In this document: positions 1 through 13,709 of the stretch, in pieces
Position numbering within the stretch: the first letter of the stretch is position 1
Layout of the letters: each line of letters starts with the position of its first letter
Assembly: GCA_964016885.1 (NCBI GenBank)
Contig: OZ024749.1
Location: forward strand, 4,960,001-5,024,000
Direction of reading: 5' to 3'
DNA: 64,000 bases
Origin: Eledone cirrhosa
Lineage: Eukaryota
The notes under the pieces: model-generated
Database searches by the model: none
The model's input: the letters and a program-made list of their open reading frames with translations, nothing else
Told to the model about the DNA's origin: nothing
Translations under genes and position numbers: made by a program

Positions 1-164
1 AGTTATGGGCTAAATATTTTGTTTTCCATGTATTCATCCCGAAAGGTTAAAGACAAAGTTTATCATGGCTTAGTGTGAACGCCGTGTAGAAAGATCATGG
101 AAAACATAATTGAATAGATTTTAAAACTTTCCTTTAACAATCTGTCGCCTTATTTTGCCGCTTA

Positions 165-325
<161 letters not shown>

Positions 326-807
326 TTGACGTGGTGGCTGATTCCAATCATACATTGCTGATATATAAGTCACAGGGGATAGAAGGATTCATAGATATTA
401 GATATTATGTAAGTTTTCATCATTATATATGTCACTTAGCCAACGCAGGTTTGATAATTCTCCTGCATCAGAATATATTAAAGCTTGAATATGGATTACA
501 TCTTGGCTATAGTATAACATTTAGGACAGTAGGCTGGAGAACCAGAAATGACAGCAAGCCATAATCTTTATGAAATTATGCATATTACCACTTGCATAAC
601 ATGAATGCATACTAATCATTTACTCCTTTACATCCCTCTCTTTCTCGCCACCACCCTCACTTCTCTCTCTCTCTCTCTATCTCGCTCCCACCCTCACTTC
701 TCTCTCTCTCTCTCTCTTGCTCCCTATCTTTCTCTATCTATGAAGAACAGATAACGATCTTGTCTCAACCATACTGACGTTCTTTCTCTCTAACTTACAC
801 ACACACA

Positions 808-1150
808 CACACACTCTGCCATCCACAAACAATCTGTCTCTCACACACATACATACACACACACTCTGTCGTCCACACACGCTCAGCCTTCCACAATCAA
901 TCTCTCTCTCTCTCTCACACATACATACACACCCACTCTGTCGTCCACACACGCTCAGCCTTCCACAAACAATCTCTCTCACACACATACATACACACAC
1001 ACTCTGTCCTCCACACACGCTCAGCCTTCCACAAACAATCTCTCTCTCTCTCTCACACATACATACACACACACTCTGTCGTCCACACACGCTCAGCCTT
1101 CCACAAACAATCTCTCTCACACACATACATACACACACACTCTGTCATTC
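808..1150. repeat. Minisatellite, ~65-70 bp unit, ~5 copies
   Basis: ACACTCTGTCGTCCACACACGCTCAGCCTTCCACAAACAATC(TC)n recurs in tandem. Confidence 0.9.
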
Positions 1151-1254
1151 ACACATACACACTCATTCCCATTTACACATTCTCTCTCGTTCTCTCTCAA
1201 GGTTTCTATACTTTATTCTCTTTCTCTAATTACCTGAATGTTATGTATTTTCTT

Positions 1255-2530
<1,276 letters not shown>

Positions 2531-2924
2531 ACCTTTCCGCTGTCACAAACTTCAAGGTGTATCATTCGTTTAAATATGTATTTCTAAATTTATTACGTCC
2601 TTGGAGGGTTCAGAGAATCATTCACTGTTGTCCCTTGATGTTACTAATACCTTGCATCCTTTAACATTCAACCTATTACCTTCCCTTTAATTCTACACTC
2701 CCATCAATCTATATTACCTTAGGGCTCTGAATACACAATGTAACAGTCCTCGTTAACAAGTTGTACTCTACCACTACCAGCCACCCCTACTTCATCTAAC
2801 TGACACTTCCAAATACTTTTCTTTCTTTACCTCACGCACTCCATTTTCCTTTCAATTTCGGTTCACGGCGTTTATCTCCCAATCTCTGCCATTCTCTCTG
2901 TTTTCCCCTCTATATATATAGATA

Positions 2925-2974
<50 letters not shown>

Positions 2975-2978
<4 letters not shown>

Positions 2979-3166
2979 AACGAGTAGGACCCCGACGGCT
3001 GAGCTCAAGCCGTTTCGACGGCTAATTCTGGACCAGAATTAGCCGCCGAAACGGCTTGAGCTCAGCCGTCGGGGTCCTACTCGTTCCTATTACCCACTCT
3101 ACTACCCTAAGTATTGAGTACGTTGGTGCGTTATGATCCACCTGGTTCCTTACCACATTTCCTCCG

Positions 3167-3168
<2 letters not shown>
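2975..3168 (+). mobile_element. Palindromic Penelope-like 3'-end cassette, family A, in (TA)n
   Basis: ~57-bp inverted arms about 3032, right arm extended; GAAA-CGGCT..AGCCG-TC is the 3' half of an HHR; copies at 40221, 40436, 50194, 21386. Confidence 0.75.
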
Positions 3169-3200
<32 letters not shown>

Positions 3201-3231
3201 AGAGAAATAAGAAAGACAGTAGCCTATGTTT

Positions 3232-3425
3232 ATATGGAAGAGTAAGGACCCCGACGGCTGAGTTCTTGCCGTTTGAATAGCTAGTTCTGAGTCGGGGACA
3301 AGCTGAAATGGCAAGAGCTCAGCCGTCGGGTTCGTTAATCTTCCATATAATCATAGTCAACTGCCCCAAGTATCGAGTATTCTGGCGAGTTATGGTCCGA
3401 ACAATTACTTAATGTACCCATCTTG
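3232..3425 (+). mobile_element. Diverged family-A palindromic cassette
   Basis: GACCCCGACGGCTGAG...CTCAGCCGTCGGG arms and a tail homologous to 3090-3168. Confidence 0.65.
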
Positions 3426-3566
3426 CTTTTTATATATATATAAATACACACACATGTTCATTCACACTGACACACACACACACACACCCATACACACATA
3501 TATATATATCTATATATATATATACAATATATTAACAAATGGAAACTATATTTATAAAACCATATT

Positions 3567-3632
3567 TATTTTATTATATATATTTCAAGGGCCACCAAGG
3601 CATATTATAGTGCGCTTTCATCAGATAAAATA
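3567..3632 (-). ncRNA. Type-I hammerhead ribozyme
   Basis: rc TATTTTAT-CTGATGA-stem II-GAAA-TATATA-TA-ATAAAATA; stem I 8 bp, palindromic stem III. Confidence 0.8.
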
Positions 3633-3728
3633 CAATACAGATTAGTTTTATGAATAAATATTGACATACCCTGAAAAGAGACAACCTTAACGTTAAGGTT
3701 GTCTTTTTTCAGGGTATGTCAATATTTG

Positions 3729-3794
3729 TATTTTATCTGATGAAAGCGCACCATAATTTGCCTTGGTGACCATTGAAATATATATAATAAAATA
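3729..3794 (+). ncRNA. Type-I hammerhead ribozyme
   Basis: TATTTTAT-CTGATGA-...CACCA..TGGTG...-GAAA-TATATA-TA-ATAAAATA. Confidence 0.78.
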
Positions 3795-4159
3795 AATATG
3801 GTTTTATAAATATAGTTTCCATTTGTTAATATATTGTATATTTACTCCAATAAATACTGTCGAGTGCTTTATATCAGTTATAAAAATATTTTTAAGCTTG
3901 TGGTATCTCAACAAATTAAATATAACCTCTGCATATATATATATATATATATATTATGTACATTCACACTGACACGCACACACACACACGCGCGCACACA
4001 CATTCATACACACAATAGCCTCATTTCCTCCTATATATATTTCTGTGTGTGAGTTTATATAAAACATTTAATCTCTATTTTCTGGAAAGCAATCGACTGC
4101 GCACATCTACACAGAAACACTTTCATTGTCTACCATTTGCTTTCACCCTCACTTCTCAT

Positions 4160-4259
4160 CTTCTTTTCTCTCTCTCTTTTTTCTCTCTCGCTAACTCTAC
4201 CCTCTCTATCCTGTTTCTCTTTCACTCATTTTGTTATTCTCTCTCTCCTGTTTGGATCA

Positions 4260-4346
<87 letters not shown>

Positions 4347-4545
4347 ATATATATATAATAATTCATACATGTTTGTGTGTACGTCTCTCTCCCTCTCCAC
4401 ATCTCTCTCGCTCTCACACATTCTCTCTCACTCTCACGCTCTCACTCTCGTTCTCTCTCTCTCCCTCACGGTCGCTCTCTCTCTCTATCTCTCTCTCTAT
4501 CTATCTATCTATCTATCTCTCTCACTCCATCTCCCTCTCGCCCTC
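4160..4545. repeat. (CT)n-rich microsatellite
   Basis: Direct reading. Confidence 0.9.
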
Positions 4546-5229
4546 CCTGCGACTGATCTGAAATATCATTACAGATCTTTGATACGTTATTTAGAGTCGA
4601 AATACGGAAACGTTATATTTCCCTTGACTTCCAACATAAACGATAATGATAAATATCTCCTTCATCATTAGGGTTTCATAAACTATTTCTTATAATCGTG
4701 GGGATTCAATAGCTTTTCCTGAATCCTCTTCAGAAGATTTGGCAGTTTGCCTAAATGATTATGGCATAGCGAAATTCATGAAAGTATTGAGCAAACGCAA
4801 TTTTCTAGGATAGGAAAAGTAGTGCATGTAAGTATGGCTCTATGATGAAGTTCGCTTCGCCACCAGGAGGTTCGAATGTCCTCGCACACCAGCCAGGGAA
4901 TTCAATAGCTTTTTAAAATTTAACTTTATACAGTTTGCCTAAATATTCACGTTTTTGGTAAGATCAAGACGCAATGCTGGAGAATCAACGGTCTGGAATA
5001 GGAAAGTAAATGTGTCCTATTTAGTCTCTAGGCCAGCAATTTTAAGAGGGAGAGTGGATTAAATTGACCCCAGTGCTTTACTGGTGCTTTAGTTTCATCG
5101 ACTCCTTAAGGTTGAAAGGCAAAGCTAACCTTGCCAAACACTTGGATTCGGGTTCAGTCCCACCTGAAATTCAATAGGTTAGTTTTGTGTCATGTGTCGT
5201 GCATTTGTCTAACGTAACTAAATAATATG

Positions 5230-5640
5230 TACATATGAATGTATATATAGTATATTTGATAATACACTGTATGTATATTTTTAAACATTTTGAAGACCAT
5301 CGCTTTGAGTTTTAAAGTAGTGACTACATCACTTACTTGGCCTCGGCTAAAGCAAAGAGAAGTAACCGACGGCCGTTTCTCGCTCCATGGTGGTTATCAA
5401 GATTGCATATCCCATCGCTTCTGTCCAGACTTATATAAGGTGGATTCTTATATAATTCTTGTAGAATTACAGTGTTGTTTAAGAGCTGATTAAACAGAGC
5501 AGTTGCCGGTCCAGCAAAACTTAGGAATTAGTATCAGTGCTCTGAAATAGTGATGTATGAATGTATGTATAGTATATTTGGCAATATACAATATGTTATT
5601 TAAAAACATGTTGAAGACTATTCGCTATGAGTTTTTAGTG
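5230..5640 (+). repeat. Interspersed repeat family B with ~85-bp terminal direct repeat
   Basis: 5236-5320 resembles 5557-5640; homologous inverted copies at 25975-26255 and 56020-56210. Confidence 0.65.
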
Positions 5641-5667
5641 TATATATATATATATATATATATATAT

Positions 5668-6466
5668 GAGTGTCCCGAATCTTCCAGATCGTAATTTTTC
5701 GGTCGTATGGTTGATTGTAGACATGTTCTATGTGTGTCGGTATTTTAACTTTAGTTATAGCTCTGATTTATCTGAATTATTGAGCCCTCTGCCGCTCATT
5801 TCGAATTTTGTTTATCGTGAACTCGTGCGCCGATTTTTCGATACTCGATTATTCTACTATATTTAGCTCTAGACTTAGCTATCGACCAGTTAATTTTATT
5901 GTTCATTTTTTGTCGATTCTATTGAATGATGACTAGCTCCTGTTTATTTTAACATGTCTATTGAGCACTCTTATTCGATATGTGTATTTCCACATTTTCC
6001 CGAATATTTTTTGCGGATATAGAGGTTATCTCCCTTGCTGAATTCCATGTGCGTTTTTTCAACTTGGGTTATGTCTTTTTATTCGTTCGAACAAAAGCTC
6101 GTTGAGGAAGTAAATTCCGGTCCGCTGTTTTCTAGAAGTCTTATATATTTTTATGTGGGCTGATAGAGGGCGGTTTAAGGATTTACAGAAACCCAAGAAG
6201 CTAGATTTACCATCTTTCTAGCGGGTCCGGGTATGCTTTTTACATTCATTTGATTTATTGATTTATTGATATTTTATCTGAGTGTCCTGAATCTTCCAGA
6301 TCGTAATTTTTCGGTCGTATGGTTGATTTTAGACATGTTCTGTGTGTGTCGGTATTTTAACGATAGTTATAGCTCTGATTTATCTGAATTATTGAGCCCT
6401 CTGCCGCTCATTTCGAATTTTGTTTATCGTGAACTCGTGCGCCGATTTTTCGATACTCGATTATTC

Positions 6467-6472
<6 letters not shown>
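5668..6472. mobile_element. Unclassified insertion in (TA)n with 195-bp terminal direct repeat (pLTR-like)
   Basis: 5668-5862 nearly identical to 6279-6472; (TA)n on both sides. Confidence 0.55.
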
Positions 6473-6551
<79 letters not shown>

Positions 6552-6556
<5 letters not shown>

Positions 6557-6700
6557 TTAGGGAATTGGATTCGCAATCGTGACGTTGTGAGTTCAATTTC
6601 TGGAACGAGCGATGCGTTATGTCCTTCAGCAAGACACTTTATTTCACGTTGCTCCTTCTACCTGGAGCTGCGAGCGATAGATAGTACTGGCAATTAGAAA
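6552..6700 (+). mobile_element. tRNA-derived SINE family 2 (degenerate)
   Basis: B-box-like GAGTTCAATTTC, then GTCCTTCAGCAAGACACTTTATTTCACGTTGCTCC shared with 43888, 60832, 10975. Confidence 0.7.
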
Positions 6701-7037
6701 GAGCAACGGAAAAAGTGTTTCCTCGGTCCGACTGACGAATGTATACACTCCTATGTATATACATATATACATAAGTGTATATTTATATATATATATATAT
6801 AATATATATACACACACACACCCATATATATATATATACACACATACGGTAAACATGCTGACTAAATGGGGCTGTGTATGCAACGCACGAATTAGCAAAT
6901 AATAATGCAATTTGTTTCAAGCACTCAACGTCATGTGTTTTCTTCCAAATATGATTTGTCAGTCAGTGACGGAGTATATGTCGAATAAGCAAAGTGTGAA
7001 ATTCGGTGTAAATGTTAAAGTATCCTTTATTAACAGA

Positions 7038-7118
7038 GCTGTTATACATATTTCAATGCATATCGTAGCTACGTGATTGATCAATCGCGTAACCGGTCAC
7101 ACAATCTCATCAGACAAC
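7038..7118 (-). ncRNA. Type-I hammerhead ribozyme, long stem II
   Basis: rc GTTGT-CTGATGA-long hairpin-GAAA-TATGTA-TA-ACAGC; same family as 45815. Confidence 0.78.
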
Positions 7119-7269
7119 ATCATTATGTAATAAGGTTACGTTTCCGAAGCATTCCAGTCTAAAGATAAGGGAACGGACACAAGTGATGATTTCATTGGCG
7201 ATGCCGAAAACTGTGACAGTAGGAAATAATTCGAATATTATAAATAGATTATTAGTCTAATGGTTTTTT

Positions 7270-8292
7270 TTCATAGCAAAGAATGTATTGTTCATAGCAG
7301 GAAATTCTTCTTTTCGCTCCACATAATGACGTAATTATCCTTGCATATGTTTCATCCATCGCCCGAAAATGTCTTCACGACCCAATGTTATGTTTTCCTG
7401 TTTTATTTTGGTTGTAAAGTTTTTAGAAATATTTACTTCTGCGTCTACAGATTGATTTTTCTCAGTTTCAGAAGATCTCGTAAAAAGGTAAAAGCAATTT
7501 TGGTTTTTAAATTTCGCATCCACGCTGGTTCAGGCTTTCTGTTTGTATCTTGATTGCGTGGTTTTAGATGTGTGTTATATGATAGCAATGTGACAGCTGA
7601 AACATATAACAAAACATTAAGCGTTTCAAATGTCGTTTCTACACCTTTAGATCGTATAGCCTTCAGATAATTGCCAGCTATTTCGTTCACCACTTCCAAT
7701 TCCAATTTAGTGGGTTCTTTTCTGATTCTAGTGTCGTATGGTCTGTCACTCACATTAAGGCTGTGTATCTCTTGAAACATATCGTTCCATATCACTTGTA
7801 GGGTGTCCACAAGTTTTTGGTGCTCTGTTTGTTCAGTAGAGTCATGAATTTCAGCCTCCTTGTTGATGTGGTGACAATAATTACTACTAGAGTTAGCGGA
7901 CCTTTCTCGCTGTTCTTCAGTGAAAGCGAGATGGATTTCAGCAAAATTGTTGGTGAGCTGTTCACAGTTAAATTCAGCTGGCCATTCTCTTTGTCTGTCA
8001 GTGGAGGTTGGGTGGTTGTCTACAGGGCTGTATTTGTAGTATCACTCAATTCCGTTAGATGTATCAATTTACATCTAAAGATACGTTTTGCCTGTTCATT
8101 TAAATGCTTTGGAGAAAAGTTTAATTCTGGGTGTTTGGAGTTCCATAAAGTGTTTAGCCTTTGCATAAAACCGAACTTTTGAGGTTCAGATTGTTTGTAT
8201 GCTTCATATAATACTTAGTTAAGCTCGTAGCTTCACTGTGTACAACGGTTGTAGTTGCAATTTGGTCGAAGGAGACTTGTACTTTTTGCCAT
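7270..8292 (-). mobile_element. R4/Dong-like non-LTR retrotransposon, degenerate N-terminal ORF fragment
   Basis: FMQRLNTLWNSKHP..HLNEQAKRI; TLNVLLYVSA..PAWMRNLKTKI..RDL; LRHYVERK; multiple stops and frameshifts. Confidence 0.65.
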
Positions 8293-8917
8293 GATGAGTT
8301 CGTCTATTCACTAATATTTCGTATTTATTTTTCAAAATAGTCGATGATCTTCTTTAAAAGTTACGACAAAGTTCTGTCAGAATCAAATTTAAAGTTATTC
8401 ACAGCTTGGGTAATATTTCTTTTCAGTTAGTTTTTAATTCTACAACTATGTTTTAAACGTTGTTCTTGAATCGTTTGAATCGAGAACAAAAAGAACCGTT
8501 ACTTAGTATATTCCTTTATGAATATAACAACGCTGTATTTATATGTTAAAGTATATGTATCATTCATATAAATAGGTGTTCTACAACTTATTCACAACAT
8601 ATTCACAGTTCAAACACTTATGCTTTTGATTCTGAATCGAAAACGTTACTTGCATATTTCTTTATAAATGTAATATAACAACGTTGCATTTATATGTTAA
8701 AGTGTATGTATCGTTCATATATCATAAGTGTATGTATCGTTCAGATAAATAGGTGTTTTACAACACACTTACAGTTCAAACACTTATGTAGAATTATTGT
8801 ATGTAATCTTACCGCGTAATGTAGCTCAACTTTTTCCAATATATGGTATGTTGCCTTCATGTAAGCCGTAATTACACACGTCCGATTATCGGACACTGAC
8901 CACAACGGTCACCATTT

Positions 8918-8928
8918 ATGTATGTATG

Positions 8929-8959
<31 letters not shown>

Positions 8960-8998
8960 GTATGTATATATATATATATATGAATATATATCTATATT

Positions 8999-9033
<35 letters not shown>

Positions 9034-9238
9034 GTATATATATATATGTATATATGTATTTATATATATATATATGTATTTATATATATATATGTATTTA
9101 TATATATATATATATATTTATATATGTATTTATATATATATATGTATTTATATATGTATTTATATATATATGTATGTATATATGTATTTATATATATATA
9201 TATGTATATATGTATTTATATATATATATGTATATATG

Positions 9239-9277
<39 letters not shown>

Positions 9278-9604
9278 ATATATATATGTATGTATATATG
9301 TATGTATATATATGGCAAATCCAAATACATCTCTATGGCAGACTAAAACATCCCTCATTTACAATGCCATTAATGTATCCATCAACTTGTATCTGCATAT
9401 ATAACTCACTTCCCATTCATACACAATGCATTGCACTCAACATGTAGGTTATACAGATCTCTTATGTTAATAAATTAATCTGATATATATCCAATGTTAT
9501 CACTCCATACATACAAATACTTTTGCATAAGTAATTCATTGTCGAATCTGGTGTTTAAAGTTTATTGCATAATTATAAGTGATATATATGTATATATATA
9601 TATG

Positions 9605-9636
<32 letters not shown>

Positions 9637-9662
9637 AATATACGTGATATATATAAGTGATA

Positions 9663-9716
<54 letters not shown>

Positions 9717-9747
9717 AGTATATATATATATATATATATATATACAA

Positions 9748-9806
<59 letters not shown>

Positions 9807-9807
9807 A

Positions 9808-9884
<77 letters not shown>

Positions 9885-9963
9885 AGTATATATATATATA
9901 TATATATATACACTTGTACATATATATATATATATATATATACAATTATATATATATATACAA

Positions 9964-10004
<41 letters not shown>

Positions 10005-10009
10005 TACAA

Positions 10010-10068
<59 letters not shown>

Positions 10069-10096
10069 CTTGTATATATATATATATATATATACT

Positions 10097-10137
<41 letters not shown>

Positions 10138-10387
10138 TTGTATATATATATATATATATAATTATATACAATTATATATATATATATATATATATACTTG
10201 TATATATATATATATATATACAAGTATATATATATATATATTTATTAAAATAACAGATTAAAGTTTAAGCAAAGAATCGCTGCTTTCACCCTTAACGGGA
10301 TACATTTGCTCTACGATTCTTATATATTTGATATATCTTTTCCTTATCGAGCCCTCTTTGGATTTTAGTCTTCAATTATATTATTAT

Positions 10388-10421
<34 letters not shown>

Positions 10422-10448
10422 TTGTATATATGTATATACATATATACT

Positions 10449-10537
<89 letters not shown>

Positions 10538-10540
10538 TAA
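8918..10540. repeat. Long interrupted (TA)n arrays
   Basis: (TA)n with TATG, TACAAG and CTTGTA interruptions; a few hundred bp of unique DNA inside. Confidence 0.9.
10243..10301 (-). mobile_element. 5'-truncated copy of R4-antisense-derived family C
   Basis: rc TCCCGTTAAGGGTGAAAGCAGCGATTCTTTGCTTAAACTTTAATCTGTTATTTT then (TA)n. Confidence 0.7.
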
Positions 10541-11094
10541 TACGGCAGTGCAAGAATCCGGGGTCAAAGTAGTGTTGTTTAAATGTTCTGCACTGCATTA
10601 CTGTGCAGTCCTGTCAAACATCAGAGCGTATAATTAAATATATACCTACACCTTCCACCTCTACACTGGAACTTGCAACTCTGTTTGAACCACGTTTATA
10701 TGTTGCTTCTTGCATCATATTAATTCAGCTGTATTGCATACGTTATGCATGTGTAAGTGGAAGGTTGGTGCCTTTTCCTTCAATGTTTTGTTTTTGTTAT
10801 ATTGTATGTATTTTTGTTGTTGTTGTAGTAGTTTTTGAAAGACTGGGGCTGCTTTTGTTACATTATTAACTCATGTACGATTCTCTATTATACTGTATGC
10901 AAGTGGCAAGATATTATTCAGTAAAGAAAAAAAAAATTCATACTTTGTATATATGTTATACCGTGTTGCATATTGGAATGTGGGTTCGATTCCTGGATTA
11001 GGTTGTGTGTGTTGTCTTCTTAAATATAACACTTCATTTCACGTTGCTCCAATATACTCAGCTGAATATGAGTACTATACATCTATATATATAT

Positions 11095-11187
<93 letters not shown>

Positions 11188-11189
<2 letters not shown>

Positions 11190-11322
11190 TAAATACAATA
11201 CCGGAGAAAGCTTTTTAGCGATACTCCGGCCAAATTCCAACTCACTCAACAAACATTAGGAAATAAGTGATTATGTTCCCATTTATGCGTTCGGGGTGCT
11301 AACTAAAAGTATTGCGTGGAAA
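11188..11322. repeat. Short interspersed repeat in (TA)n
   Basis: CCGGAGAAAGC..GCGATACTCCGGCCAAATTCCAACTCACTCAA recurs at 47918-48060. Confidence 0.75.
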
Positions 11323-11338
11323 ATATATATATATATAT

Positions 11339-11483
<145 letters not shown>

Positions 11484-11754
11484 CACCCCTTTTTGTGTGT
11501 TGTATTGAAACGAATAACAATGTGTCTACTCTGGGAATGTATCCTACATTATCTATTGAGTACGCTGAAATACAACCGGATCCTGGCATTGATAAATACG
11601 ATTGGTCCGTCAACTCCATATTATATATATATACTAGCAGCAGTACCCAGCATTGCCTGCGTAGGAAAAATAATATCTGCTTTGTTGAAAAGGTGTTGAT
11701 CTTAGCGACTGCTTCTCGATGACTAATTGATGGCCACACACAGGCTATGCGGAG

Positions 11755-12072
11755 GTGACCATTTTTTTCAACTTATCGTTTTCGGTATGCCTGACCGATT
11801 TAACTCACTCAATATGCAAATTAGGCTGCTCAGCCGTTAATTTTCATAAGGAAAGTATATACTTTCGAACGTTCAACTATCTGGCAGATGGGTAAACGGT
11901 GCTGATGATAGCTAACAAGCTTGAAACTAGTACATCGTTCCTGTGTCAGTGTTGAACAAAAAGGTGACGTGGTTGCCTTAACACCGTATGGCATAAATTC
12001 AGGCTGTTCAGTTTGTTGACAAACGAACAAAGCAAGCGCTATAATAAGCGTCTGCTAAACTGATGCGTGCAT
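11755..12072 (+). mobile_element. HHR-bearing non-autonomous element with octamer motif
   Basis: Homologous to 36240-36545; ATGCAAAT ~11813; HHR at 11895. Confidence 0.7.
11895..11939 (+). ncRNA. Minimal type-I hammerhead ribozyme
   Basis: AACGGTG-CTGATGA-tAGCT aaca AGCTt-GAAA-CTAG-TA-CATCGTT; palindromic ACTAGT stem III. Confidence 0.88.
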
Positions 12073-12093
12073 ATATGTATGTGTACCTGCATG

Positions 12094-12133
<40 letters not shown>

Positions 12134-12306
12134 TGCTGTTATATATATATGTACGTCTGTATACATATATGTATGTACGTATACATACATACTTACATTT
12201 AAGTAAGTGCCATACTAAGAGTGAGAAATGAAATTTCGTTTTTCGTTTTCATTTTTTTCAACCTATATATATATATATATATATATATATGTTTTCTATA
12301 CCTTTC

Positions 12307-12344
<38 letters not shown>

Positions 12345-12893
12345 ATACACCCATACACGCACAAGCACACACACATATATAAAGTAACGTTAAGTCTCTA
12401 TAGAAAGTAGGCGAGATGGTTTAGATTTTCAAGTTAAATGTATAAACATGAAAGCATGCAAAAAGATACCTATTTCACCCTAAATTGACAAATTTATGAA
12501 AATTTTTGAAAGATATCCGAAACATTTTGGCCTTTGATCTGAAGATATGTATCTCATCTAATAACGTATAACATGATATAGATTCTAATTATATGCTAAT
12601 TAGCATTTCCAGTTCCAGATTCTACTATAATTGACAGGGTTTATAAGGGCCTTGGTTCCGTATTTCCTTTAGAGTTATGAGATATGTTACGGTTAAATAC
12701 GTATATTTACTGTTTAAAGGTCTATAATGTGCATGTATAAATTTATGTTATATTTACATAATCTCTGTCATCTGAATTCGTTATATATACTGATACAAAT
12801 TTAACGCACATATATATATACATACATCAATCTATATGTATATATATACATATATATATATATAAACGGAAAAAATGAAACATAAGATAATTA

Positions 12894-12956
12894 ATTCATT
12901 TACCAGCGGTTTCTTGAAAGCAGATATTGTATCTGTTTTCAGTCGTCAGAATGAAT
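12894..12956 (-). ncRNA. Type-I hammerhead ribozyme
   Basis: rc ATTCATT-CTGACGA-cTGAAAaCAGATA caa TATCTGcTTTCAa-GAAA-CC gct GG-TA-AATGAAT. Confidence 0.85.
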
Positions 12957-12992
12957 AAAAAACATGGTGTTTTTTATTAAATGTGGATTTGA

Positions 12993-13032
<40 letters not shown>

Positions 13033-13035
<3 letters not shown>

Positions 13036-13649
13036 TAAATTTCTTGGTTAGTGTCCAAGTCTCAGACCCATACAGCAGCACAGACGCCACTACAGCAATG
13101 AAGAGGGGAATGTTCATGTCTTTACGAAGGTCCGATGTGCACACCGATTTCAAGCTGTGGCACACCGCCCAGGCTTTTCTCTTCCTCTCAACCACATCAT
13201 CTTCCGTATTCCCAATCTTTGCTCCCAAATACAGTAAGTCCTCAACCAACTCTAGCGGCTTCCGGCCTACATTAGTAATCCCCTCCGGCATCTCAGATGG
13301 TGGATGGGTGTTACACGAGAAGGCTGAGGATGGCTCTGAACATTAATCAGTATACACTGAGGATGAAAAACTCAGAGCTGTATGGGAGCCTCCCAAACGT
13401 CAGCTCAAAAGTGATACAGAGGAGACTGAGGTTATCTAGACATGCTCACCGACATCCAGAGTTAACATTGCACTCAGTGTTCCTGTCGGAGCCCCTACAT
13501 GGACACACTGGAAGAGGAAGACCAAGGTTAACGTATATTGATGCCCTAAGGACAGACACTGGTCTGTTGGAGACGCAGGACATGGCAGCGATAATGAGGG
13601 ACAGAAACCACTGGAGAGAACTCGTCCATGGATCTCGGGACTTTACCCG

Positions 13650-13652
<3 letters not shown>
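13033..13652 (+). mobile_element. RTE-like LINE 3' fragment with 5' inversion, in (TA)n
   Basis: Minus arm LYLGA..SVLLYGSETWTLTKKF; plus arm [25 protein letters not shown]. Confidence 0.88.

Positions 13653-13709
<57 letters not shown>

Larger units (their letters stand above)
3526..3932 (+). mobile_element. Palindromic HHR cassette (Penelope-like pLTR inversion) in (TA)n
   Basis: ~150-bp arms about CCTTAAC|GTTAAGG (3691/3692); right arm ~100 bp longer; an HHR in each arm. Confidence 0.8.
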
